A DNA stretch of 64,000 nucleotides from an uncultured virus (IMG/VR IMGVR_UViG_3300027793_002658). Taxonomy: Duplodnaviria; Heunggongvirae; Uroviricota; Caudoviricetes. The stretch lies in IMG/VR virus record IMGVR_UViG_3300027793_002658, one strand, 5' to 3'. The translations under genes were made by a program, and so were the position numbers. Below the pieces are notes generated by a model. It made no database searches, had not been told where the DNA came from, and saw only the letters and a list, made by a program, of their open reading frames with translations. This document shows, piece after piece, positions 19,521 through 28,582 of this stretch. Within the stretch, counting starts at the first letter, position 1, and each line of letters begins with the position of its first letter.

Positions 19521-20348
19521 ATGGCATTACCATCAAATAAAATTAAGAGTATTCTTAACTCTATTCAAAACGTTAACAACAAAACTTCTTCTGTTTGGAA
19601 GCCTGAACCCGGAATCCACAACATTCGTATTGTTCCTTACAAGTTCAACCCTGATCAATTCAGCTTTATTGAGTTGAAGTTCCATTATGGCTTGAAGGTC
19701 AAGGATGCAACCGGTAAGATTGTAGAACGTACTTTCTTGTCTCCAGACTCCTTTAATCGTCCCGATCCTATTGTCGAATTTGCAAATAGATTGCAAAAGA
19801 CTGGTGATAAGGAAGATTGGAAGCGTGGTCGCAATTTGCTTCCAAAGCAACGTACCTATGCACCTATTTTGGTTCGTGGTAAAGAAAATGAAGGAATCAA
19901 GTTTTGGGGATTCGGCAAGACTGTGTATGAAACAATCTTGAAGGCATGTGACGAAGAAGTATTCGGTGATATTAGTGATCCAACAACTGGACATGATATT
20001 ATTGTTGAATACAAGGAGGCTGGACCTAGTGCTGGTGGAAAGAATTTTCCAACAACAACAATTACTGTGAAGGGTAAGGCAACTCCTGCAATCGACGAGC
20101 CGCGTAAGCACATCTTGGACTTCCAGAAGAATATTTTGGAATTGTTTCCAGAACCTACTTACGACCAGTTGTATAACATCATGACTGAAATGTTGTCTGC
20201 TGGTACTACGGAAGAATCTACGGATGATACCGTAGTAGAACCAACTGATGATGCTATTGCAGCAAATACTTCTCCAACTGCTGCATCGGCACAAAGTAAC
20301 ACTCCAAGTGTAAACGATCAATTCGATAAGTTATTTGGAAAGAAATAA
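19521..20348 (+). CDS. Single-stranded DNA-binding protein (T4 gp32-like)
   Basis: WKPEPG, IRIVP, FWGFGKTVY, DPTTGHD and an acidic tail ending FDKLF. Confidence 0.85.
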   Translation: MALPSNKIKSILNSIQNVNNKTSSVWKPEPGIHNIRIVPYKFNPDQFSFIELKFHYGLKVKDATGKIVERTFLSPDSFNRPDPIVEFANRLQKTGDKEDWKRGRNLLPKQRTYAPILVRGKENEGIKFWGFGKTVYETILKACDEEVFGDISDPTTGHDIIVEYKEAGPSAGGKNFPTTTITVKGKATPAIDEPRKHILDFQKNILELFPEPTYDQLYNIMTEMLSAGTTEESTDDTVVEPTDDAIAANTSPTAASAQSNTPSVNDQFDKLFGKK

Positions 20349-20365
20349 ATTAAATTGATAAACAT

Positions 20366-20399
20366 AGGATGATGACATATAATGTCATCATCCTTTTTT
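20366..20399 (+). terminator. Intrinsic terminator
   Basis: AGGATGATGACAT-ata-ATGTCATCATCCT followed by a T-tract. Confidence 0.8.
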
Positions 20400-20442
20400 A
20401 GTATGTACGTAATGAAGGAAAAAATAAACATTTATAAACTAT

Positions 20443-21657
20443 ATGGCAAAAACAAGTAAAAACACAAACGAATCTGAAGATTCAAAGAAGAAAAGCACAA
20501 AATCTGTTAGTAAGAACGATTCTCTATTAGCAAATTTAGCAGCGGAATTAAATAAAAATAACAAAGAAGGTGGCAAAATTGCATACTTTCTTGATGAGCA
20601 AGATGATCCATCTACAATCAGTGATTGGATTAGCACCGGTTCAAGTTTATTGGATCTTGCAATTAGTAATCGACCAAATGGTGGATTGCCAGTTGGACGA
20701 ATGGTCGAATTTAACGGCTTAGAAGGAACCGGAAAAAGTTTGGTGAGCGCACACATTGTAGCGAATACACAAAAGAAAGGCGGCAAAGCAATCTTTATTG
20801 ACACAGAAAATGCTGCCGCACCTGACTTTTGGAAGAGCTTGGGTGTAGATTTGTCAAATCTATTGTATATTCAACGTGAAACAGTAGAAGATATTTTTAC
20901 CACAATGGAGCAAGCAATCGCATATATTCGTAAAGATCAACCCGATGCATTGTTAACAATTATTGTTGATAGTGTAGCGGCAGCATCTACAAAAGCTGAG
21001 ATGGAAAGTGATCATGGTAAAGACGGATATGCCACGGGTAAAGCAATTATTATTAGTAAAGCACTTCGTAAAATTACTAGTATGATTGGTCGTCAAAAAG
21101 TATTGATTGTATTCACAAATCAATTGCGTCAAAATTTAAATGCAAGTCCTTTTGGTGATCAATATACAGTTAGCGGTGGCAAAGGATTGCCTTACCATTG
21201 CAGTGTTCGTGTACGACTAAACAACGCAGGTCAATTAAAGTTACCAGACAAGACTGTTATTGGCAATGAATGTAAAGCTGTGGTTGTAAAGAATCGTATG
21301 GGACCACCACAACGTCATGTATTTTTCAATATTTATTTTGATAGCGGTATTGCTGATTATGCAAGCTGGTTAGAAGTATTGAAAGAAAAAGCTTATGTTA
21401 AACCAGCCGGTAGTGCTGGATTAAAATATGTCGCATTGAACGGCGACGAAGTTGTATTTAAATCTGAAAGTTTCATCAAGCTTTTGGATGAACGCCCAGA
21501 GTTTAAAACCGAAATGTATAATCGTATTTGTGATGCAGTAATCATGCAATATAAAAATGCAAATAGCACTATTATTGATTCATCCGCAAATGCTGATGAA
21601 GATGCGGAAATGATTGCTGACGAATCCGATATTGATCATTCAGAAGAAAACAATTAA
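20443..21657 (+). CDS. uvsX: RecA/UvsX recombinase
   Basis: ISTGSSLLD, GLEGTGKS Walker A, IDTE, VDSVAA, NQLR and VKNR. Confidence 0.95.
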   Translation: MAKTSKNTNESEDSKKKSTKSVSKNDSLLANLAAELNKNNKEGGKIAYFLDEQDDPSTISDWISTGSSLLDLAISNRPNGGLPVGRMVEFNGLEGTGKSLVSAHIVANTQKKGGKAIFIDTENAAAPDFWKSLGVDLSNLLYIQRETVEDIFTTMEQAIAYIRKDQPDALLTIIVDSVAAASTKAEMESDHGKDGYATGKAIIISKALRKITSMIGRQKVLIVFTNQLRQNLNASPFGDQYTVSGGKGLPYHCSVRVRLNNAGQLKLPDKTVIGNECKAVVVKNRMGPPQRHVFFNIYFDSGIADYASWLEVLKEKAYVKPAGSAGLKYVALNGDEVVFKSESFIKLLDERPEFKTEMYNRICDAVIMQYKNANSTIIDSSANADEDAEMIADESDIDHSEENN

Positions 21658-21661
21658 TTAT

Positions 21662-22720
21662 ATGGACCCAATCACATCAGAAGATCGTAAAAAATTATTT
21701 TCTATGTTTCAAAACATGGAATTAAACACCAAGCCTGTTGAACGTATGTTGAACAGTGAAGTTCTTTTGGTGGATGGGTTGAATTGTTTCTTTCGTTCAT
21801 TTATGGCTGTGCCAAGTCTAAATGACAATGGATTACACGTTGGAGGCATAGCTGGCTTTTTACAAAGTATTGGTTATGCCTCCAAACTTTTAAATCCAAC
21901 TCGTATTGTCATTGTTTTTGATGGCAGCGGTGGCAGTATGAAGCGCAGAAAAATATTTCCAGAATATAAGGAGCGCAGAAAAACTAATTTAAAGTATAAT
22001 AGAAGTTATGAGGAATTGACGACCGATGAACAAGAAGATAGAAATATTCAATCACAATTATTGCGACTGATTGGATATCTTGATGCATTGCCTGTGACTG
22101 TGATGAGTGTTGATCATGTAGAAGCAGATGACACCATTGCATACGCGGCAAATGAATATTTTAAAGATAGCAATAAAGTATATATCATGAGCACAGACAA
22201 GGATTATTTACAATTGGTCAATGAAAAGATCAATGTATGGAGTCCAACCAAAAAGAAACTTTATGGATGTGCAGAAATTTTATTGGAGTATGGAATTAGT
22301 TGTGAAAACTTTCTAAATTACAGAATACTTAGTGGTGATGAAAGTGACAATATTGATGGAATACAAGGCAGTGGATTAAAAACTGTATTAAAGTGTTTTC
22401 CACAATTTGCAGAGCATACACAAATGTCATTGGAGCAAATATATACACATTGCGAACAGAACAAAAAGAAATATAAACTATATTCTTCTATTTTAGAAAA
22501 CAAGAGCATTGTTGAAAGAAACTATGCACTGATGCAATTGAAAGATACACAATTGCAATCATTTACACAATTACGTGTTAATGAGATACTTAATAAACCT
22601 ATTGGAATATTAAATAGAATGCGTTTTAGCAAATTGATTGCAGAAGATAGAATGTGGAACAATATAAAAAATCATCATACTTGGTTATCGGATACATTCG
22701 GTCGATTGATCGTCTCCTAA
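21662..22720 (+). CDS. 5'-3' exonuclease / flap endonuclease (T4 RNase H-like)
   Basis: LVDGLN, VFDG, YKERR, EADD, STDKDYLQL and GDESDNIDG. Confidence 0.9.
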   Translation: MDPITSEDRKKLFSMFQNMELNTKPVERMLNSEVLLVDGLNCFFRSFMAVPSLNDNGLHVGGIAGFLQSIGYASKLLNPTRIVIVFDGSGGSMKRRKIFPEYKERRKTNLKYNRSYEELTTDEQEDRNIQSQLLRLIGYLDALPVTVMSVDHVEADDTIAYAANEYFKDSNKVYIMSTDKDYLQLVNEKINVWSPTKKKLYGCAEILLEYGISCENFLNYRILSGDESDNIDGIQGSGLKTVLKCFPQFAEHTQMSLEQIYTHCEQNKKKYKLYSSILENKSIVERNYALMQLKDTQLQSFTQLRVNEILNKPIGILNRMRFSKLIAEDRMWNNIKNHHTWLSDTFGRLIVS

Positions 22721-22738
22721 CTTTCAGAATATAATAAG

Positions 22739-22767
22739 TTGCGGAACTGAAAAACATCGTCTATAGT
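22739..22767 (+). promoter_or_regulatory. Sigma70-like promoter
   Basis: TTGCGG-17-TATAGT upstream of the helicase gene. Confidence 0.5.
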
Positions 22768-22812
22768 GGACACTCGCTTAGAAAAGTTGGTAGAAACTAT
22801 AACACATATTAT

Positions 22813-24201
22813 ATGCAAGTAATCGATAACCTAAAAAAGTTCGGACCTGAATTTCAACTTAAGTGCATCAGCGGCTTAATTAGTGATAAACCATTCATGG
22901 AGCGTATCAACGACATTGTTGATCCTCTTAGTTTTGAAAGTGATGCCAATCAGTGGATTGTTAAGACTGCCCTCAAATATTTTTTGAAGTTCAAGGAACT
23001 GCCTACATTGACTGCGTTTCAAGTTGAACTTGATGCGGTTGAACAGGAAGAATTAAAGAATCAAGTTGTAACACAGTTGCGGTTGGTTTTCAACAAAATC
23101 ACTGATAGTGATTTGATGTATGTCAAAGAGCAATTTTTAGAGTTCTGTCGAAATCAGACTTTGAAGAATGCAATCATGGAAAGTGTTGATCATTTGCAGC
23201 GCGGTCATTACGAAAAGATTAAAAGCGTTGTTGATCATGCCATGAAAGCTGGTATGGAGCGCAATATCGGTCATGATTATATGACAGATGTTGACAAGCG
23301 AATGAGTGTGATGTCTCGAAATACTATTTCTACCAAATGGCAAGTTGTGGATCAAATCATGGATGGTGGTCTAGCTGCTGGTGAAATGGGTATTGTAACC
23401 GCATGCGCTGGATCTGGTAAGAGTTGGGTCTTGGCTAAACTTGGTGCCGAGGCTATGAGACAGGGTAAAAATGTTTTGCATTTTACTCTTGAATTGAATG
23501 AAAATTATGTTGGTTTGCGTTATGACGCGTGTTTCACCGGTATTGATTTTCAAAACATTCGCAACAATATCGGTATTGTAAAGGATCGTATTGCCAATGT
23601 TCCCGGCAAATTGATCATTAAGTATTTTCCAATTAAAACTGTTAGTGCTCACAATTTGAAAGCACATGCAGAGAGATTGGCAATGTTGGGTACAAAGATT
23701 GATATGATGGTAGTCGATTATGCAGATATTCTACGTCCATTTCAATCTGATCGTAATGCAAACAGCTATAGCGAAGCAGGTGGTATTTATGAAGAACTAC
23801 GTGCTGTTGCGGGAGAATTGCAAATTCCTATTTGGACTGCTTCACAAAGCAATCGTGCCGGTATGGAAGAAGACGTATTAACCGCAATGAATATTAGCGA
23901 TAGCTATCGTAAAATCATGACGGCAGATTTCGTATTATCTGTAAGTCGCAAGACTCAGGATAAGCAAGCCAATACTGCTCGTTTTCATATCATTAAAAAT
24001 CGTTTCGGTCCAGATGGATTGACTTTTCCTGCTCGTATGAACGCTGGTTGTGGAGATATTCAATTGTTTGACGAAGGTAGCCGCGAAGGTGCTGCATTGA
24101 TTAATGAAATGAATCAAAGCGAAAATATTGTGAAGAAAATGATGAAAAGTAAGTGGGACGAACACATGGGTCGCAATCGTGAAGACGACGGAGACAACTA
24201 A
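22813..24201 (+). CDS. Replicative DnaB-like helicase (T4 gp41-like)
   Basis: ACAGSGKS, TLEL, VDYAD, TASQSNR and KNRFG. Confidence 0.9.
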   Translation: MQVIDNLKKFGPEFQLKCISGLISDKPFMERINDIVDPLSFESDANQWIVKTALKYFLKFKELPTLTAFQVELDAVEQEELKNQVVTQLRLVFNKITDSDLMYVKEQFLEFCRNQTLKNAIMESVDHLQRGHYEKIKSVVDHAMKAGMERNIGHDYMTDVDKRMSVMSRNTISTKWQVVDQIMDGGLAAGEMGIVTACAGSGKSWVLAKLGAEAMRQGKNVLHFTLELNENYVGLRYDACFTGIDFQNIRNNIGIVKDRIANVPGKLIIKYFPIKTVSAHNLKAHAERLAMLGTKIDMMVVDYADILRPFQSDRNANSYSEAGGIYEELRAVAGELQIPIWTASQSNRAGMEEDVLTAMNISDSYRKIMTADFVLSVSRKTQDKQANTARFHIIKNRFGPDGLTFPARMNAGCGDIQLFDEGSREGAALINEMNQSENIVKKMMKSKWDEHMGRNREDDGDN

Positions 24202-24226
24202 TCCATAGCAAATACAAAATGTAAAA

Positions 24227-24264
24227 TGCAAAAAATAATTTCTGAAATGAAATTATTTTTTGCA
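24227..24264. repeat. Perfect 16 bp inverted repeat
   Basis: TGCAAAAAATAATTTC-tgaaat-GAAATTATTTTTTGCA between the helicase and RNR genes. Confidence 0.85.
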
Positions 24265-24331
24265 ATAATACAATCATGTTCGATAATTATTTTTCACATT
24301 AAAACAAGTTACAAAAACAGTTAATTTATAT

Positions 24332-26320
24332 ATGAGTGATACAAAACTAATCATTACAGATGATTTTGCCAATCAAGCAAAATACAAAAAACAACCAAAT
24401 TGGGGATTTAACGGACTCGGCTATATCGTTTATAAAAGAACGTATGCGCGAGTGAAGGAAAATGGAGAAACAGAAGAATGGAATGAAACCGTTCAGCGTT
24501 GTATTAACGGTGCTCAGAAAATTGGAGCACAATATACTCAAGCAGAAGCAGAGCGTTTATTTGATTATGTTTATAATCTTAAGTGCAATTTTGCTGGCCG
24601 AATGCTTTGGCAGCTTGGAACAAGCACAGTAGATAGATTTGGAGCAAACAGCTTATTGAATTGTTGGTTTGCAAGCATGAATGAACCAAAAGCATTTTTG
24701 TTTCTTTTTGAGAATCTTATGCTTGGCGGTGGCGTAGGTTATAGTATTCGCCGTGAAGATGTTCATGAACTTCCAAAGATCAAGAAAGATGTAGTTATTA
24801 CACATCAAGCAACCAAGGATGCAGATTTTATTGTTCCTGACAGTCGTGAAGGCTGGGTAAAATTATTGGAACATGTATTGAATGCATTTTATGTAACCGG
24901 TAAGTCGTTTACATATAGTACTATTTTGATACGTGGTGCTGGTGAAAAAATCAACGGATTTGGTGGCAAAGCAAGCGGACCACAAATTCTTGTTGATGGT
25001 ATGGCAAAAATAGTCAGTATTTTCCATAGTCGAGAAGGCAAGAAATTGCGTAGTATTGACGTATTGGATGTATGCAATATTATTGGTAGTATTGTTGTAG
25101 CTGGCAATGTTCGTCGTAGTGCAGAAATTGCACTTGGTGATCCAGATGATATTCTTTATCTACGTGCCAAAAATTGGAGTGCAGGTAATGTGCCAAATTG
25201 GCGAGCAATGAGTAACAATACATTGTATGTAGATGATTATAGTCATTTGCTTGCTGAATTCTGGACCAATGGTTATGAAATTAACAAAGACACTGGATTT
25301 GCCAACGGCGAACCATACGGTTTCTTTAATCTTCCTTTGTCACAAAAGTATGGACGTACCAAAGATGGATTGATGAAGGACAGTAATTTGTATCCTACCG
25401 ACAGTGACAATGTAGTTGGAACCAATCCATGTGGTGAAATTAGTTTGAGTAATTATGAATGTTGTAATTTGTGCGAGTTATATTTGAACAATATTACAAG
25501 CAAGGAAGAGTTAATTGATTGTGCAAAATTGCTCTATAAAACTCAGAAAGCAATTGCGGCATTACCATTCTTGCACGAAGAAACTAATAAGATCGTGCAT
25601 AAAAATATGCGATTGGGTCTTGGTGTAACTGGCGTATGTCAATCATTAAATAAAATTGATTGGTTGGATGATTGCTATGTCGCTCTTCGTAAATTTGACA
25701 AACAATGGAGCAAAGAGCGTGGATGGTCAGAAAGTGTAAAGTTGACCACTGTCAAGCCAAGTGGAACACTCAGTTTGCTTGGGGGCGCAACTCCCGGTGT
25801 TCATCCTGCATATAGTAAATATTATCTACGCACTGTGCGAATGAGTAGTAGCGATAAGTTGGTACAAATTTGTCGTGATCTTGGTTATCATACAGAATTC
25901 TTGTTGAATTTTGATGGAACGGAAAATCGGGATACTATTGTCGTTTATTTTCCATGCGAAACTCCAGAATCTGCAATTCTTGCAGACAATATGGATGTTA
26001 TTAAACAACTTGAAATGGTTAAAAAGTTGCAATCTGTATGGAGTGATAATGCTGTCAGTGTAACAGCATATTATAGCCCGGAAGAATTGGATGCTCTCAA
26101 AGACTGGTTGAAAGATAATTATAAGAATCATTTGAAGAGTGTGAGCTTCTTGTTGCGTCAAAAGCATGGATTCAAACAAGCTCCTTATCAAGAAATTGAC
26201 AAGGAAACCTATGAAAAGTATAAATCAAAGGTGAAGCCTTTGAGTACCATTACCAACATTATTAGTGGTGATGTATTGCAAGGTATCGAATGTGAAGGTG
26301 GCGCATGTCCAATTCGTTAA
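24332..26320 (+). CDS. nrdJ: Class II (adenosylcobalamin-dependent) ribonucleotide reductase
   Basis: YKRTYAR, SLLNC, GNVRRSA, TNPCGEI, VKPSGT and C-terminal CEGGACPIR. Confidence 0.93.
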   Translation: MSDTKLIITDDFANQAKYKKQPNWGFNGLGYIVYKRTYARVKENGETEEWNETVQRCINGAQKIGAQYTQAEAERLFDYVYNLKCNFAGRMLWQLGTSTVDRFGANSLLNCWFASMNEPKAFLFLFENLMLGGGVGYSIRREDVHELPKIKKDVVITHQATKDADFIVPDSREGWVKLLEHVLNAFYVTGKSFTYSTILIRGAGEKINGFGGKASGPQILVDGMAKIVSIFHSREGKKLRSIDVLDVCNIIGSIVVAGNVRRSAEIALGDPDDILYLRAKNWSAGNVPNWRAMSNNTLYVDDYSHLLAEFWTNGYEINKDTGFANGEPYGFFNLPLSQKYGRTKDGLMKDSNLYPTDSDNVVGTNPCGEISLSNYECCNLCELYLNNITSKEELIDCAKLLYKTQKAIAALPFLHEETNKIVHKNMRLGLGVTGVCQSLNKIDWLDDCYVALRKFDKQWSKERGWSESVKLTTVKPSGTLSLLGGATPGVHPAYSKYYLRTVRMSSSDKLVQICRDLGYHTEFLLNFDGTENRDTIVVYFPCETPESAILADNMDVIKQLEMVKKLQSVWSDNAVSVTAYYSPEELDALKDWLKDNYKNHLKSVSFLLRQKHGFKQAPYQEIDKETYEKYKSKVKPLSTITNIISGDVLQGIECEGGACPIR

Positions 26321-26337
26321 AATACTAAAAACAAGAC

Positions 26338-26370
26338 AAAATCCCGACATAATTGTCGGGATTTTTTGTT
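26338..26370 (+). terminator. Intrinsic terminator
   Basis: AAAATCCCGACA-taat-TGTCGGGATTTT followed by further Ts. Confidence 0.85.
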
Positions 26371-26434
26371 TACATAGGCAAAAATAATACGCTGTATCTT
26401 ATATTTGCCTATATTTATATTAAGATTATCATAT

Positions 26435-27091
26435 ATGAACAAAGACCAATTAGATAAGCTTATTCTTGAATGTGTTAAAGAACATCAATTAAAACATGCT
26501 TTAAAGCAATTAGTTGTTGAAGCAATTCAAGAAATTAAAGCTGAAAAGAAACTTAGCTGCCAAGAAATGATGGACGAATTGGATGGCGAAGTTAAAAAAG
26601 AAAATAAAGAATTGACTGTCACCAAAGACGATGCTGGTTATTATAACGTATGTGGATGTCCTCCTCATATGATTAAATTAAAGCACATGTATGAAGATCG
26701 TTTTCAAATGACATATATAAAAGATGGTACGGATCGTAGCAAAAAGGTATCTGTTCAATTTGAAGATCTTAAGAAGTTTGTCAAAGAAGTACTTGGAAAA
26801 AAGACTAATAATTATGTAGAGACAGCATATAATAAAGCTGCTGAAAATGATAAAGACAAAGAAACCAAGAGCGGTGACGAAGCTGTTAAGCATGTAGGTG
26901 AAAAAGCAAAGGATATGGTAGAAAAGAAAGATGATTTACCAGATCAACCTTTGAAATCTGTTGAATCAATTAAAAAACAAAGTGATCACAGTGTTAAAGG
27001 TACAAAACAAAATTATAAGTATCCAAAGCAAAAAAATAATAAATTGGTAGTAAAGTTACCATCCAAGAAAAGCAAGTCTAAAAAATCATAA
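26435..27091 (+). CDS. Hypothetical Lys-rich protein, possible internal head protein
   Basis: ATG at 26435 after TATTTAT; N-terminus MNKDQLDKLILECVKE. Confidence 0.7.
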   Translation: MNKDQLDKLILECVKEHQLKHALKQLVVEAIQEIKAEKKLSCQEMMDELDGEVKKENKELTVTKDDAGYYNVCGCPPHMIKLKHMYEDRFQMTYIKDGTDRSKKVSVQFEDLKKFVKEVLGKKTNNYVETAYNKAAENDKDKETKSGDEAVKHVGEKAKDMVEKKDDLPDQPLKSVESIKKQSDHSVKGTKQNYKYPKQKNNKLVVKLPSKKSKSKKS

Positions 27092-27115
27092 AAGTAACAA
27101 TAACAAGATCTTATA

Positions 27116-27146
27116 AAAGCGCATTAAAAAAAAGATGCGCTTTTTT
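27116..27146 (+). terminator. Intrinsic terminator
   Basis: AAAAGCGCAT...ATGCGCTTTTTT. Confidence 0.7.
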
Positions 27147-27147
27147 A

Positions 27148-27176
27148 TTGACACTCCCTCCCACTTGTTCTATAGT
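27148..27176 (+). promoter_or_regulatory. Sigma70-like promoter
   Basis: TTGACA-17-TATAGT. Confidence 0.75.
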
Positions 27177-27246
27177 TGTACTCGTAATCGCACCATCAGG
27201 CATTGGAATACCAAAGTGGTGCAATTCATTAACCAAATAATTAAAT

Positions 27247-27663
27247 ATGAGTAATACAATTAAAAAGACAAACCGCAAAAACAAAACCAATTTGGTAGTT
27301 AATTGGGTAAATAATTTCTTCACCATTGAAGATTTACATGCCGCAAATCCTAATTTCGTAGAAATCACGCTACGTTCACGTTTGAATTCTGCAAAGAAGG
27401 AAAATCAAATTGCTGAGATTGGATGTATTCATAGTGGTAAGGGTCGTCCAAAGTTGGTTTTTGCAAATACTCCTGTTTCTAAAGAAGTGTTGGAAGCGGC
27501 TCGTCAAGCCGGTGTTATTTTCAACGAGAACTACGACAGCATCGCCGTTGTCAGTGTTGATTCTGTTAAGATTGCTATTGATGAAGAAGCACAACTTGCT
27601 TCTGAAGAAGCTTCTGCGGAAGAAACATCTGTCGATGTGTTGTCAAATAATATTAATGCCTAA
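27247..27663 (+). CDS. Hypothetical protein, possibly winged-helix DNA-binding
   Basis: FTIEDL..ITLRSRL..GKGRPKLVF pattern and an acidic tail. Confidence 0.6.
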   Translation: MSNTIKKTNRKNKTNLVVNWVNNFFTIEDLHAANPNFVEITLRSRLNSAKKENQIAEIGCIHSGKGRPKLVFANTPVSKEVLEAARQAGVIFNENYDSIAVVSVDSVKIAIDEEAQLASEEASAEETSVDVLSNNINA

Positions 27664-27847
27664 TAAAAAATCACCAGTGAAAATACCGTATCATGGTGAT
27701 AAAGTCACCATATACGGTATTTTTCATTTACCAACATCCAAACTAATAAAAGTTGATCTAAGTGAGGAAGAAATATTTTTTGAATACGATATGAGTATGT
27801 ATAATCCAGAAGAATATTGTATTGTTAAATTACAAGTCTTACTTTGA
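27656..27847 (+). CDS. Small hypothetical protein
   Basis: ATG at 27656 overlaps the upstream gene end; 63 aa. Confidence 0.45.
   Translation: MPNKKSPVKIPYHGDKVTIYGIFHLPTSKLIKVDLSEEEIFFEYDMSMYNPEEYCIVKLQVLL
27680..27724 (+). terminator. Long hairpin, terminator-like
   Basis: AAAATACCGTAT-c-ATGGTGA-taaag-TCACCAT-ATACGGTATTTT. Confidence 0.65.
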
Positions 27848-28117
27848 TGGTAATATCGAATAAAATGGTGATTGTGGCGCGTATTTGATACCATCCGGTG
27901 TCAGCGTATATACTTTTAAATTAGTATTTTTATATTGTTTTTTATCCGATTCTTTCTTAACAGATTTCAAAATAGCTTCCATTTTGATTCTGTCCTTTCC
28001 CATATACATCGGCTGCTCCTTTTCCAATTCAGTTTCCGATAACATATAAACATTGTTTGGATATATAATTAAAATAAATGTCTGGTCAACATTTTTTGGG
28101 CTATACATTGTGGTCAT
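27839..28117 (-). CDS. Hypothetical protein
   Basis: ATG at 28117 with a minus-strand TATTTAT at 28126-28132. Confidence 0.55.
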   Translation of the reverse strand: MTTMYSPKNVDQTFILIIYPNNVYMLSETELEKEQPMYMGKDRIKMEAILKSVKKESDKKQYKNTNLKVYTLTPDGIKYAPQSPFYSILPSK

Positions 28118-28172
28118 ATATGATAATAAATAGCTCTTTTTTAATATAATTATCATATTTATATCTAGCACA

Positions 28173-28550
28173 ATGATCAATTTTATCAAAGACAATAGAT
28201 TTCCAACATTTTTGGATAGATTAATTAGTGTATCTCGAAATGAGACAGATACATCCTATATCGATTTAAGTCCAAATAATTTATTTGATGGAGATATGGG
28301 AACGATTTTGGTAAAAAATGGAAGTGACATTCTGTATCAAGAAAATACAGATAGCGAATTTGTAAATCTTTCTCAATTATTTCCGTATGTTGTTGCTCCT
28401 AGAAAATATCTATTGGAACAGGGACTTAATCAAAGAGTTACATGGGTAAAAAATAGCTCTTCCGTATCCAAAACTTGGAAATTTTTAGGATATACATGCC
28501 CGTTTAATACTGTATGCAGTCCATGTCCAGTTGTTTACGTTTACACTTGA
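28173..28550 (+). CDS. Hypothetical protein with Cys-rich C-terminus
   Basis: 125 aa, preceded by TATTTAT; ends TCPFNTVCSPCPVVYVYT. Confidence 0.6.
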   Translation: MINFIKDNRFPTFLDRLISVSRNETDTSYIDLSPNNLFDGDMGTILVKNGSDILYQENTDSEFVNLSQLFPYVVAPRKYLLEQGLNQRVTWVKNSSSVSKTWKFLGYTCPFNTVCSPCPVVYVYT

Positions 28551-28575
28551 CGTTTCTATAAAAGCGACCTATGGT
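28547..28575 (+). promoter_or_regulatory. Sigma70-like promoter, probably leaderless
   Basis: TTGACG-17-TATGGT with the ATG 7 nt downstream. Confidence 0.65.
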
Positions 28576-28582
28576 ATGGGTC

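Noticed and set aside
19533..20321. 262 aa antisense ORF over the SSB gene, and other antisense or nested ORFs in the track
   Set aside because: These are shadows of codon bias in well-supported genes and have no recognisable motifs.
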